Shown: positions 9,965-20,689, counted from the first letter of the stretch. The stretch is DNA of 64,000 nucleotides from Bacteroidia bacterium (GCA_038206355.1 JBBRAY010000008.1:17975-81974), one strand, 5' to 3'. Made by a program: numbers and translations. Notes: generated by a model from the letters alone, not told the origin.

Positions 9965-11413
9965 TCACTGCACGATAAGTTTCTCAACGAATTGTTTCGT
10001 ATCGTCAGTTACTTTCACAAAATAAATGCCCGATGGAAATTTTTTGTTGATTGTTTCTGACTTGCTGTTGAGAGTTGATGTATACAGATTCTCGCCAAGC
10101 ACATTGTAGATTTCTACTCGCACATTTCTTACATCCCCATTTATTTTTATTGTGAAATTCGATTGTGTAGGATTTGGATAAATGTAAAAATATTTTTCGT
10201 TCGAAAATTCAAATATTCCCGTTGAGCAATGGAGTGTAGTATTAGAATATGAATAGCTGTCAATTAAATTTGGTAATCCATAGTTGGCATCACCAGTGTT
10301 GAGATAAATAACGCTGTCTTGAAAATTGCAGGCGACACCACTTAGGTTTGGATTATTGATGGAGGCAAGAAAATGTTTACCTGCACGTCCAATATATATT
10401 TTGCCATCAGGTCCAAGTTGTAACCCATCTGAATAATCATTAGTCATACTTGTGAAATTGGTTATTTGAAATTTAGAACTTCGAATTGAATCTTGGTTTC
10501 CGCTGCCTGTGGATAAATCATACTGGAATACATTTTTGAGGTCTGTGAAATATAATTTCGAGTTGTCGGGAGAGAATGAAAGTCCGTATCCGCCAAAAGT
10601 ATCGGGTTGCAAATCAAGGTCAATGTAATTTGATACTACACCTGAACTGTCGCTAAAGTCAAATAATTCCTTTATGTTATCGCAATTATTTAAAGAAACT
10701 ACTGCCAATCTTTTTCCATCTGGGGATGCTTTCATATATCCTATGGCTGAAATGGTGCTGTCTTGTACAACGGGAATACAATTATTACGGTGAACAGAAC
10801 CGATATGTGTGATGACGGTATCAATAACTCCTGTGTTTGATAAGCGATAAGCATAAAATGCATCAGAAAAATATTTATGTATAATTACCCAATAATCACT
10901 TCCGTTTTTATGTCTAACTCCTGTAAGTTTTTCTGCAACGGTATCAAGCAATAAAATATTTTTAGCTTCTGAATTTACTGCACCCAAACTGCTATCCTTG
11001 CACATATCAATAATTGAATATCGGAAGCCATACTGAAGATTATGTTGATAAAAAGCATCCGTTGTAAAAAGGTAAAATAAATTGTCACTCCCGGGTTTGG
11101 GAATAATTAATGAGGATTGTGTGGAAGAGAATGACGAAAGAATGCTATCACCATTTTGCATTACCTGATGATTTCTATTCCAAATCTTATCTCCATTTGT
11201 ATAAAATAAAAGTGAGCCAGAACTGTCACATATACCCGCTGTTCCTTCTGAATGCCCGAACGAAAGGTAAGTTTGTCCATTGCTTAAAGCAACTGGAACT
11301 CCGCTGTTAAAGTCAACGCCTGCGTGGTCTCCGAAATACCAAATGTTCTCTTGCTTTTGTGAAAAACAAAATATGGGTATAGAAATAAGAAGTGCTAAAA
11401 AATTGTTTCTCAT
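9965..11413 (-). CDS. Secreted T9SS type-A cargo protein (paralog of 5240..7162)
   Basis: Signal peptide, QKQENIWYFGDHAGVDFN, NGSDYWVI and a C-terminal IYPNPTQSNFTIKINGD...GIYFVKVTDDTKQFVEKLIVQ. Confidence 0.75.
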   Translation of the reverse strand: MRNNFLALLISIPIFCFSQKQENIWYFGDHAGVDFNSGVPVALSNGQTYLSFGHSEGTAGICDSSGSLLFYTNGDKIWNRNHQVMQNGDSILSSFSSTQSSLIIPKPGSDNLFYLFTTDAFYQHNLQYGFRYSIIDMCKDSSLGAVNSEAKNILLLDTVAEKLTGVRHKNGSDYWVIIHKYFSDAFYAYRLSNTGVIDTVITHIGSVHRNNCIPVVQDSTISAIGYMKASPDGKRLAVVSLNNCDNIKELFDFSDSSGVVSNYIDLDLQPDTFGGYGLSFSPDNSKLYFTDLKNVFQYDLSTGSGNQDSIRSSKFQITNFTSMTNDYSDGLQLGPDGKIYIGRAGKHFLASINNPNLSGVACNFQDSVIYLNTGDANYGLPNLIDSYSYSNTTLHCSTGIFEFSNEKYFYIYPNPTQSNFTIKINGDVRNVRVEIYNVLGENLYTSTLNSKSETINKKFPSGIYFVKVTDDTKQFVEKLIVQ

Positions 11414-11470
11414 TTCGAGCTAAGTTTGTCAATGCTCATTTCTTGGTATGACTTAAAAAATTAATTTGCT

Positions 11471-12133
11471 TCACCGAAGCGCAAACTTTACGTCTTGTCT
11501 TACAATTGAGTCAGTGCAAGCAACTCCATACTCTTTCAATAGTTCACCAAACCTTCTTATTGATTGCACCGCAGTTGTATCACATTCTGCTGTAAGTCCT
11601 TTTTCAATTTGAATATTTGAAACTGAACAATCAGAATTTATTTTATAGGAGAGGTCAACTGTTCCTTCGATTCCTTTTTCTCTGGCGATGGAAGGATATG
11701 AAGTGTAGATGTGAATAACAGGTTGCAGTTTCAAATTCTTGTCGTGGTCAAATCGCTCCTCAACTTGTCCGTGTTCTTTGTAAGTCAACCAAACACCAAT
11801 TTTCTTATCCATTGCGTATTTGCCTTGTGATTTCATTGAAGTAGAAGCGGAATGTTCAAGCCAATCTCCATTCTTCTTTCCGTTCTCATAGTTGCATTTT
11901 ATTTTAATGTATTTGTCTAACTTCAACTGCCCTTTCTTTATTTGCATGAGTTCTTCTTCCGACACCCTTAAATAAGAAATGTATTCTCCGTGCTTTGTCT
12001 TATTGTCCGATTTCAAAACATAGAAACTTTCTGATACTTGTTTGGTGTCAGGAAATTTCGTTTCAACGAATACGGTTTCCTGACTGTAACTCTTAATGCC
12101 TATCAATAAAAGTAAGAAAGTTAAATTTCGCAT
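11471..12133 (-). CDS. TonB C-terminal-domain protein with MORN-like repeats
   Basis: Signal peptide; MORN-like GEYISY and KKNGDWLEH; C-terminal YPSIAREKGIEGTVDLSYKINSDCSVSNIQIEKG is a TonB_C domain. Confidence 0.6.
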   Translation of the reverse strand: MRNLTFLLLLIGIKSYSQETVFVETKFPDTKQVSESFYVLKSDNKTKHGEYISYLRVSEEELMQIKKGQLKLDKYIKIKCNYENGKKNGDWLEHSASTSMKSQGKYAMDKKIGVWLTYKEHGQVEERFDHDKNLKLQPVIHIYTSYPSIAREKGIEGTVDLSYKINSDCSVSNIQIEKGLTAECDTTAVQSIRRFGELLKEYGVACTDSIVRQDVKFALR

Positions 12134-12491
12134 CCTTCGTTTCTACTTAGTTTGTCAAAGTTTATTTCTTGCAATGTCCGTTCAAATTGGTAGGCAGCCC
12201 GCAATTAAATACCAGAAACAAACCTACCTCTTATTTCGAATTATTCCAATATGCATATCAGGTAAACGATGGAATTTAAGACAGGACAAGTCAGAAGTTA
12301 CAAGTAGCAAGAAACAAGTCAGAAGTAGTACTGTATAAGGAGTATTTCCCTCGATTTCATTTCCATATCCAATGTCAGTGGGTTTACGATCCCTGCACTA
12401 CGGTAATTTCACCGTTCATATTTTCCCCGCCCCCAAAATGCTTTCCCACTTATAACGTTTACTTTTACCAACAAACGCCCCGTAAACAGTG

Positions 12492-15400
12492 ATGCGCAGA
12501 TTTTTTCCTGCCTTATTTTTTATTTTAATTCCATTGGTTTCGTTTTCGCAACTGAGTAACCTGCGCGTGAAATTTATTCCCGTAGATCAGGACTCCGTTT
12601 TGCTGGATACATTGAGCATTGTTCCCAATTCCTTTTTCATCATGGGCGACAACGGAGCCCTCGATTCATCAGCATTTACTGTTGATGCCGTTAAATCAAT
12701 TGTGGTCTGGAATAAAAACACTGATGCTTTTAAAAATATCTCCTCTGACAGCATAGAAATCCATTACCGCGTTTTTCCGATTGCATTTGATCAGCAGGTA
12801 AAACACAAAGACGCCACATTTCTTTCACGCACTACCAATATAGGCAACAACGCCTACATTTATAATCCTTCAGAATCTCAGCCGTCATTTTTTAAATATG
12901 AAGGACTGCAAAAAGCAGGAAGCATTTCAAGGGGCGTTACGTTCGGAAATAACCAGGACGTATTTGTCAATTCTAGTCTGAACCTGCAGCTCTCAGGAAA
13001 ATTAAATGACCAGGTGAGTATTCTCGCTGCCATCACCGATGAAAATATTCCTGTGCAGCCGGAAGGAAATACGCAACAACTGCAGGACTTCGACAAGGTT
13101 TTTATTCAGCTTTACAATGACAACAACAAACTCATTGCCGGTGACTTCGAATTAAAACGACCTGACAGCTACTTTATGAATTTTTTTAAGAAAGGACAGG
13201 GAGGAGTCTTTTCAAATATTTCTGCTTTGAGTTCAACTCCGGAAGGAAAACCAAAAATGGTAAACCGGGTAACTGTAAGTGCCGCTGTGTCGAAAGGAAA
13301 ATTTGCACGCAACACCATCACAGCCCGTGAAGGAAACCAGGGCCCATACCGGCTTACAGGCAGCAACAATGAATCGTTCATCATCGTCCTTGCCGGAACT
13401 GAAAAAGTTTACATTGACGGACAACTGATGAAACGAGGATTGCAATACGACTACATCATCGATTATAATATTGCCGAACTCACCTTCACTGCAAAACGAC
13501 TGATCACCAAAGAATCTCGCATTGCTGTGGAGTTTGAGTATTCAGAAAAAAGTTATGCGCGTTCCCTTTTATATTTTAATGATGAAATTGAAAATGACAG
13601 GTTTAAAATAAAATTCAATGCCTATTCAGAACAGGACAGTAAAAATCAACCATTGCTTTTAGACCTCGATAGCGCTAAGAAAGCTGTGATGGCAGGCGTT
13701 GGCGACAGTATTCAGCAGGCTTTTTATCCAACGTATGACAGCGTTGAATACAACAAGGATCAGATTCTCTACCATAAAATTGATACGGTAACGTCCCTTG
13801 GTACCTACCCCGGTGTTTTTGTTTATAGTACCGATAGCGCAAACTGGCGCGTTACATTTTCAAATGTAGGTCAGGGAAACGGTGACTACATTCAGGATAG
13901 CAGCAGTGTAAACGGAAGGGTATTCAAATGGATTGAACCGATGAATGGAGTTCATTTTGGTTTATATGCTCCGGTTGGTTTGCTCATTACACCCAAGAAG
14001 CAACAATTGTTTACCCTTGGCACAGAAGTAAATATTTCAAAAAATAATGTTGCAGGATTTGAAGTGGCATTGAGCAACTACAACGTCAACTTATTTTCTA
14101 AAAGAGACCTGGGAAATGATATTGGATACGCCGGAAAAGCATATTACAGAAATGAAATCCGATTGAGCAACGATTCGGCGAAAGGGTGGAAAATAAACAC
14201 GGGCCTCAACTATGAATTTGTAAACCGCGACTTTAAACAAATCGAGCGCTTCAGAAGCGTAGAGTTTGAACGCGACTGGAACCTTGGCTCCGGTTCGATT
14301 TATAAAGACGAACACATTGCATCAGGACAGGTAGCATTGACAAAAATGAATCTCGGCTCGCTTTCTTATCAACTAAAAACTTTTCAGAAAGGAAGCGACT
14401 ACAACGGACTGTTGCATAATGGCGAATTGCTAACTACACTTTATGGTTTTAATCTTTCCGCAACAGGAAGCATATTGAACACCAAAGGAATTTCTTCCCA
14501 AACACAATATTACAAACACAGCTTTGACCTCAACAAAGGAGTCTGGAAATTAGTATTGGGTGTGAGAGAAAACACAGAGCACAATGCATTCAAAAATATT
14601 GCAGGGGACTCACTTACGTTTTCAAGTTTTGCATTCAGGGAATATTCCGGTTATGTCAACACGAAAGACTCTTTAAAAAATCATTTCGGAGTGAATTATA
14701 AGAAGAGGTATGATGACGGTATTTTACAAAACCACTTTAGTCCGGCCACTGAAGCCGATGAGATCAACGCTTCCGCCGAATTCACCAAAAAACAAAATCA
14801 CCAGTTACGGATATATTCCACCTACAGAATTTTAAAAGTAATTGATTCAACGCTCACACTGCAAGCCCCTGCGAAAACATTACTGAACCGTATTGACCAC
14901 AGCATATCTCTCTGGAAAGGAGTATTGAGTGCTACCACTTTTTATGAGATCGGAACAGGACAGGAGAGAAAACTGGAATACTACTACCTGGAAGTACCCG
15001 CAGGACAAGGAACATATATTTACCGTTCCGATGCAAACAATAACGGTGTAAAAGATCTCGATGAATTTGAAATTGCCGCTTTCGCCAATGAAGCGAATTA
15101 CATTAAAGTATTTACACCAACCAATCAATACATCAGCACACGGTCGAATCAGTTTAATGAAGTGCTGAACATCAACCCCGCTGCGGCTTATAAATCATTC
15201 CAGGGAAAGCAGGCTTTCATCTCACGGTTCTCAAATACACTTACGGTGCGGCTTGACAAAAAAACAAAAGCGGATGATGTATTCAGCGCATTGAATCCCT
15301 TCGATCAGAAAGTAAGCGACAGTTCACTTGTTTCAACCAATTCAAGTTACCGCAATACGCTTTATTTTAACCGCTCTGCAGTTACCTTCGGTTGCGATGC

Positions 15401-15983
15401 ATCGTGGATGCGGAATGAAAGCAAGACCTTACTCATCAATGGCTTTGAAACCCGCACGATCACTTCTTATGAAGGCAATACGCGATGGAATATGTCGCGT
15501 CTGCTTTTGCTCACTGCAAACTACAAGCATGACGACAAAACCAACGGTTCAGAATTTTTTCCTTCGCGTAATTATCATCTCATCACCGATCTTGGCGGTC
15601 CGAGGTTGAGCTTACAGCCGGGAACAGCGTTCCGCACGACTTTATCATATCAGTATTCCATCAGGCAAAATGTGGATGGTGTGTTGGGTGAAAAAGCCGA
15701 AGCCAATAACCTCGGACTGGAAATGAAATATAACAGCACCGGCGCAGGAACGATCTCAGCAAGGGTGAGTTATATTGGAATTATTTTTAATGCTGACGAC
15801 AACTCTTCCCTTGCATATGAAATGCTTGACGGATTACACACCGGAAAAAATTTCACCTGGAATGCTTCCATACAGCGTTCACTGGGGAATTCAATTCAAC
15901 TGAGTCTGAATTACGACGGACGTAAATCAGAAAACAACAAAGCTATCCATACCGGCGGTGTTCAGGTGAGGGCTTATTTTTAA
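12492..15983 (+). CDS. Large (about 1164 aa) predicted outer-membrane beta-barrel protein, function unknown
   Basis: Signal peptide MRRFFPALFFILIPLVSFSQ. The C-terminal GVQVRAYF has alternating hydrophobics and a terminal Phe, the OMP beta-signal. The protein is rich in Y, N, G and S. Confidence 0.55.
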   Translation: MRRFFPALFFILIPLVSFSQLSNLRVKFIPVDQDSVLLDTLSIVPNSFFIMGDNGALDSSAFTVDAVKSIVVWNKNTDAFKNISSDSIEIHYRVFPIAFDQQVKHKDATFLSRTTNIGNNAYIYNPSESQPSFFKYEGLQKAGSISRGVTFGNNQDVFVNSSLNLQLSGKLNDQVSILAAITDENIPVQPEGNTQQLQDFDKVFIQLYNDNNKLIAGDFELKRPDSYFMNFFKKGQGGVFSNISALSSTPEGKPKMVNRVTVSAAVSKGKFARNTITAREGNQGPYRLTGSNNESFIIVLAGTEKVYIDGQLMKRGLQYDYIIDYNIAELTFTAKRLITKESRIAVEFEYSEKSYARSLLYFNDEIENDRFKIKFNAYSEQDSKNQPLLLDLDSAKKAVMAGVGDSIQQAFYPTYDSVEYNKDQILYHKIDTVTSLGTYPGVFVYSTDSANWRVTFSNVGQGNGDYIQDSSSVNGRVFKWIEPMNGVHFGLYAPVGLLITPKKQQLFTLGTEVNISKNNVAGFEVALSNYNVNLFSKRDLGNDIGYAGKAYYRNEIRLSNDSAKGWKINTGLNYEFVNRDFKQIERFRSVEFERDWNLGSGSIYKDEHIASGQVALTKMNLGSLSYQLKTFQKGSDYNGLLHNGELLTTLYGFNLSATGSILNTKGISSQTQYYKHSFDLNKGVWKLVLGVRENTEHNAFKNIAGDSLTFSSFAFREYSGYVNTKDSLKNHFGVNYKKRYDDGILQNHFSPATEADEINASAEFTKKQNHQLRIYSTYRILKVIDSTLTLQAPAKTLLNRIDHSISLWKGVLSATTFYEIGTGQERKLEYYYLEVPAGQGTYIYRSDANNNGVKDLDEFEIAAFANEANYIKVFTPTNQYISTRSNQFNEVLNINPAAAYKSFQGKQAFISRFSNTLTVRLDKKTKADDVFSALNPFDQKVSDSSLVSTNSSYRNTLYFNRSAVTFGCDASWMRNESKTLLINGFETRTITSYEGNTRWNMSRLLLLTANYKHDDKTNGSEFFPSRNYHLITDLGGPRLSLQPGTAFRTTLSYQYSIRQNVDGVLGEKAEANNLGLEMKYNSTGAGTISARVSYIGIIFNADDNSSLAYEMLDGLHTGKNFTWNASIQRSLGNSIQLSLNYDGRKSENNKAIHTGGVQVRAYF

Positions 15984-16005
15984 TATTGTAAGGTCACACA
16001 TTTGA

Positions 16006-17508
16006 ATGAAAGTCAAAGAAAATATTTTCGGAACAGTATTTTACTATTCAGCAATTGTTGCAGTAATCCTGTTATCATTTTTTTCTTTCTCCTATTCACG
16101 CTATCCGTTCTTCAATTCAGATGCGGCACTTTCCGTCTTGATGTCGTATGATTATCACTTTCCCGCAGATCTCTACTGCTGGGGGCAGGATCGCGGGGGC
16201 ACGCCGGAGATGATGCTCGCTCATTTTTTTATTGGTATTTTTCACCTGAGTCCAATTATTACATCTTCGGTGATTCATTTTACTTTAATTACCATCGGAC
16301 TCTTTGCCTGTTTTCATTTTGTACGGCGTCCGGTAAACCGTTTTGCGCTTTCAGTTCTCTGGTTTTTACCGGCTCACTTTTTCATCGAATCAATACTGTA
16401 CCAATTTAGCATACAGTTCGGGATGTTCATGCTCGCACTTTTTCTTTTCAGCAAAGCAATCACTTCTATAAAAAAGAAATCTTTGTTCCTCTCGCTTTCA
16501 CTTTTTTTCATGCTCATCAATATATGGGTACTTGATCTGGGAATTATTCCTGTCTTTTTCCTGTTACTGTCAGTAGTTTCAGCATTTATTTTCGGGAAGA
16601 AAAAACAGGAAGCAATCATTCGGTCATTTTCCGGAAAGCACATTATTATTTCCGTCCTCTGGCTTATAGCAGGATTAACTTTTATCGTTTATGCAAAGAA
16701 TTCTGCTGCACATGAACCTACACACACTGAAACAGGCGTCAATAGCATTCATGGGATTTCCCTCACCATCAAGTCCTTTTCTAATTCCGTCCTCTCTCCT
16801 GTTCTTTTTAAAGGGAGGCTGATTGAATCCATATATTTTTATTCTGTACTGTTTTTTTTATCCGCCCTTATCATCAGTACAAGAAAAAACAAAACAACAT
16901 CTGCTTCCGGCTTTTTCATGTCATTCTTTTTAGGTCAGGCGATTTTTGGAATACTATTATTAACCTGCTCGAAGCAAATCATGTTGTCCGATTTCCCGGT
17001 TCGTTATTTTACAGGGAGCTATTTATCCATAGCGATTTATGTGTTGATGAAACTGGAAACGATGGAAGAAAAATTATTTCTGAAAATTTCACTCTTTGCA
17101 GTAGTTGCAATATCTATAACCAGCGCATTGTATGAAAGCTATTTCCCGAAAAAACTTGCGCCGATGGTTGAAGATTTTCCATTATTGAAGACGATGGGGC
17201 CTGTAGGCATAATTGGCAGCTACTGGAACTCCTACGTTTTCTCTGCTATCGATCCGGAGAAAATTATAGCAACACCACATGACATGGATAACGTACGCAA
17301 CAGGATGATGGCCTATAATTCCTTGTCGCAACCTACGTTACTCCTCATTCAAAATGAATGGCTGGAAAATTTCCCTGATACCATCTCTCAGTTTGGAATT
17401 CCCTTACTAAAAAAAGGGCAACCATTTTTAATTGGCACCTATATTTCATGGAATGAAGTGAATCCGGTGATGGCTTGTGAGTACCTAAAAAATTATCCGG
17501 CACCCTAA
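16006..17508 (+). CDS. Polytopic integral membrane protein, about 10-12 TM helices, possibly GT-C/PMT-like
   Basis: Extremely hydrophobic with many F, L and I. It lies 23 bp downstream of the large OMP gene and is co-oriented with it. Confidence 0.45.
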   Translation: MKVKENIFGTVFYYSAIVAVILLSFFSFSYSRYPFFNSDAALSVLMSYDYHFPADLYCWGQDRGGTPEMMLAHFFIGIFHLSPIITSSVIHFTLITIGLFACFHFVRRPVNRFALSVLWFLPAHFFIESILYQFSIQFGMFMLALFLFSKAITSIKKKSLFLSLSLFFMLINIWVLDLGIIPVFFLLLSVVSAFIFGKKKQEAIIRSFSGKHIIISVLWLIAGLTFIVYAKNSAAHEPTHTETGVNSIHGISLTIKSFSNSVLSPVLFKGRLIESIYFYSVLFFLSALIISTRKNKTTSASGFFMSFFLGQAIFGILLLTCSKQIMLSDFPVRYFTGSYLSIAIYVLMKLETMEEKLFLKISLFAVVAISITSALYESYFPKKLAPMVEDFPLLKTMGPVGIIGSYWNSYVFSAIDPEKIIATPHDMDNVRNRMMAYNSLSQPTLLLIQNEWLENFPDTISQFGIPLLKKGQPFLIGTYISWNEVNPVMACEYLKNYPAP

Positions 17509-17645
17509 TGAATGGAGCCGACACAAACAAGGAAGAATTAAAAAAAAATTACTACTACACCTGTCACTCCTTTTTCATGATTCACTAATAAAAAGAAAGG
17601 GCTGAATTGCTTCAACCCTTCCTTTTTTCCGCAGCGGGATAAATA

Positions 17646-18572
17646 TTATTTCAGATCCATTACCGATTTACCGATCTGATTTCCTACGTGGTAAATTTCA
17701 ATCGTATACTTTCCTTTAACCAATGGAGTACCTGTTGCCCACATCACCTGAACAGGCAAGTCATTATTAATATAATCAATCGTTTGTTTCATGGTATACA
17801 CAAGTGCTTGTCCGTTGCTATCAAATGTAGCCTGGTCACTTGAAATAACGGCACCATCAGGACCAAGTACGCGCAAATACAAGTCTACTTGTCCGGCATC
17901 GATTACTTTATTTTCAGGAAGCGTGAAACTGGTTTGTATCTTCTCCACTTGTTTGGCCCTTGTGGTTACAGAAGACTTCCCTGCCTTGTTAAAACGCAGG
18001 CCTTCAGTCTTAATATTAACCGCACGTAAAACACTTCCTGCAGCAACTTTACCGGCCAGTTTAGAATTCTGGTCATTCAGATTTTGAACCTTTCCTTTTT
18101 CATCATTCAAGGTTGAGCTCAAGTTTTGATTTTCCGCCTGTAAATAGGTATTGACTTTGTTGAGGGAATCAATCTGTGCCATGTACATGCTGTTCATCTC
18201 CCGTAACTGGGCCATCTCAGCTTTTGCTTTTGCAATTTGCGCCGGCCCTCCAATAGCAATGAGTCGCTGTATCTCAGCTACCTTTGCCTTTATCTCCTCA
18301 TCGCGTGAGGAAAGTTCAGTCTGGAGGTTCGTGTTTTCAGATTTTACTTTTTCATATTCTGTTCTGATCTGGTTCAGTTGCGCTTGCACTGCTTCTTTCT
18401 CAGCAGTGGTAGTCACAATTTGCTGCTGGGCATCATCCAGGTTGCTTTTCTTCTCAAAGAACTGCCAAAGCAGGAGTCCGTTCGTACCAAGTAAAATCGC
18501 AATAACAATAATTACGATTCCTTTCCTTGGGCCTTGATCCTGAATATCAGATTTTGTAGAGTCATTATCCAT
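17646..18572 (-). CDS. Membrane-anchored coiled-coil protein (hypothetical)
   Basis: One N-terminal TM helix (IVIIVIAILLGTNGLLLW), then heptad-rich Q/E/K/A/L sequence. Confidence 0.5.
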   Translation of the reverse strand: MDNDSTKSDIQDQGPRKGIVIIVIAILLGTNGLLLWQFFEKKSNLDDAQQQIVTTTAEKEAVQAQLNQIRTEYEKVKSENTNLQTELSSRDEEIKAKVAEIQRLIAIGGPAQIAKAKAEMAQLREMNSMYMAQIDSLNKVNTYLQAENQNLSSTLNDEKGKVQNLNDQNSKLAGKVAAGSVLRAVNIKTEGLRFNKAGKSSVTTRAKQVEKIQTSFTLPENKVIDAGQVDLYLRVLGPDGAVISSDQATFDSNGQALVYTMKQTIDYINNDLPVQVMWATGTPLVKGKYTIEIYHVGNQIGKSVMDLK

Positions 18573-18583
18573 GCGGTGCTATC

Positions 18584-18853
18584 TTAGGTGGTAGTTGTTG
18601 GTTTATTGGATTCGTCAACGTAATTTAACCGGAGTTCGGTAAGGGCATGCTCCAGCGCACGTGTAAGCTCAGGCGATAGATTGTTATGAGTTTTCTCCTT
18701 TATCATTTCAAGCATGTCAATGGATTGCTTTGCCTGGGCGAGGTCCCGTTCCACTTTATCAGTCACCGGATTCTTCAGCTTGCCCATGGCCATCATTGCA
18801 TTTTGATGAAAGATAAGCATCAGTTGAATAAAGAGTTCATCGTTGCTTGTCAT
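18584..18853 (-). CDS. DUF1844 domain protein
   Basis: ELFIQLMLIFHQNAMMAMGK...DLAQAKQSIDMLEMIKEKT; the likely start is the internal Met at 18853. Confidence 0.5.
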   Translation of the reverse strand: MTSNDELFIQLMLIFHQNAMMAMGKLKNPVTDKVERDLAQAKQSIDMLEMIKEKTHNNLSPELTRALEHALTELRLNYVDESNKPTTTT

Positions 18854-19013
18854 GCATAAACTTTTGAGCGGAAACAAACCTACATGATTTTTTTCAATAA
18901 TCAACTAATGAAATAAAAAAATGATTTCGGCTCACAGGCTCCGAAAATTGAATGTTGTTATAAAATTTTGATCGACTTTTGCGGCGGCAATTTCGCCTGA
19001 AGTATTCCCTAAA

Positions 19014-20174
19014 ATGATCATTGAACAAACGCTTTCATCTGAAGAAAAAATAAAACTACTGAGTAGCGGAAACATTTTTTTTTCAGAATTGGAAAGGCTG
19101 ATTGACGAAACAACAAATGAAATTCATTTTCAGGTTTACATCTTTGAAGCCGACGAAACAGGTTCACGGATTGCAAATGCTTTGCTCAGGGCTGCGCTGC
19201 GCGGCGTAAAGATCTTTCTTTTGATAGACGCCTATGGTTCGTCAGATTTTCCCGGTGAGATACAGGATCAATTGCAAAAGGCCGGAGCAGAAATAAAACG
19301 TTACGGTCCCTTTATTAAAGGTGGAAGGTTTCATCTTGGCAGGCGCCTGCACAGGAAGGTCATCGTTTTCGATAAGACAATCGCAATTGTCGCCGGACTG
19401 AACATCAGCAATAATTATAATGACCTGAATAATAAAAAAGCATGGCTTGATTTTGCTGTTTTGGTGAATGGCAGTGTTGTTCAAAAGCTTCATTCTATTT
19501 GTCTTCAGCGATGGATTAAAAAACCACTGCGGAAAATGCCGTTGAAGGCCCCGAAAGAAAAAGGCGTTACTCCTGCTATACTGAAAGTAAGACAGAATGA
19601 CTGGCTTCGCGGACTCAATGAAGCACATGCATCTTATGTGCGGGAGATATCCAATGCTGATCATTCATTATTTATAGTCGGAGGGTATTTTCTTCCCGGT
19701 GGCCGCGTGAGAAGTGTGATGAGACAGGCCGCCGATAGGGGTGTGAAAATAAAAATCATCATTGCCATGGAATCCGATGTTGCCGTTCAGCGCAATGCCA
19801 TTCAATTTTTATACCGATGGATGCTGGACCGTGGATTTGAAATTTACGAATACCTCCCTTCGAATGTACATGGAAAGGTATTGGTGGCAGATAAAAAAAA
19901 CACCATCATTGGATCGTATGACGTAAACAACCTGAGCACTTTTTCCAACATAGAACTCAACCTCGACATATTCCATGAACCCCTGTCGGCTTCATTTCAC
20001 GATGAGCTTGAAAAAATTTCTGTTAGAGATTGCAGGCTTGTTACGTTGGAGGAATTAACCAAAAGGATGAACTTGTGGAGGCGATTCAAATACTGGATAT
20101 CTTACCAGATTGCAAAATCTTTTTTTGCTTTGGCCACGTGGACAGCCAGGGATGATGAGGATGAATACCAATAA
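19014..20174 (+). CDS. Phospholipase D-family protein (two HKD motifs; cardiolipin synthase-like, no TM)
   Basis: HRKVIVFDKTIAIVAGLNISNNY and HGKVLVADKKNTIIGSYDVNNLS, i.e. HxK(x4)D(x6)G(S/T)xN twice. Confidence 0.75.
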   Translation: MIIEQTLSSEEKIKLLSSGNIFFSELERLIDETTNEIHFQVYIFEADETGSRIANALLRAALRGVKIFLLIDAYGSSDFPGEIQDQLQKAGAEIKRYGPFIKGGRFHLGRRLHRKVIVFDKTIAIVAGLNISNNYNDLNNKKAWLDFAVLVNGSVVQKLHSICLQRWIKKPLRKMPLKAPKEKGVTPAILKVRQNDWLRGLNEAHASYVREISNADHSLFIVGGYFLPGGRVRSVMRQAADRGVKIKIIIAMESDVAVQRNAIQFLYRWMLDRGFEIYEYLPSNVHGKVLVADKKNTIIGSYDVNNLSTFSNIELNLDIFHEPLSASFHDELEKISVRDCRLVTLEELTKRMNLWRRFKYWISYQIAKSFFALATWTARDDEDEYQ

Positions 20175-20186
20175 TAATTTGCAGAC

Positions 20187-20630
20187 ATGAATGAAATCGC
20201 AACAGCGACACTTGCCGATATCGGCCCCCTTGCGGAAATGTTTGACAGTTACAGGCAATTTTACAGGCAGCAAACGGACCTTGAAGGCGCCCGCAAATTT
20301 TTATCAGAAAGAATCTCTAAAAATGAATCTGTAATATTTATTGTCAGGGTAAATGATGTTGCTTCGGGCTTTGTTCAATGCTACCCGTTATTTACTTCTG
20401 TAGGTATGAAACGGCTCTGGTTGCTCAATGATTTATTTGTAAGAGAAAATTTCCGTGGGCAGGGCATTTCAAAACTATTGATGAATCGGTGCAAACAACT
20501 TGCAAAAGAAACCGGCGCCAAAGGACTGATGCTGGAAACAGAAAAAACAAATGAAATCGGGAACAGGTTGTATCCACAGGAGGGGTTTGTGCTGAATGAA
20601 ACGGGAAATTTTTATGAGTGGGTGAAATGA
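20187..20630 (+). CDS. GNAT family N-acetyltransferase
   Basis: FVRENFRGQGISKLLMNRCKQLAKETGAKGLMLETEKTNEIGNRLYPQEGF is the acetyl-CoA binding motif region. Confidence 0.7.
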   Translation: MNEIATATLADIGPLAEMFDSYRQFYRQQTDLEGARKFLSERISKNESVIFIVRVNDVASGFVQCYPLFTSVGMKRLWLLNDLFVRENFRGQGISKLLMNRCKQLAKETGAKGLMLETEKTNEIGNRLYPQEGFVLNETGNFYEWVK

Positions 20631-20689
20631 AAAAAAAATACAGTATGATCATCAAAACTATTCCTTGTTCTCACCTAAAATCTATTTCA

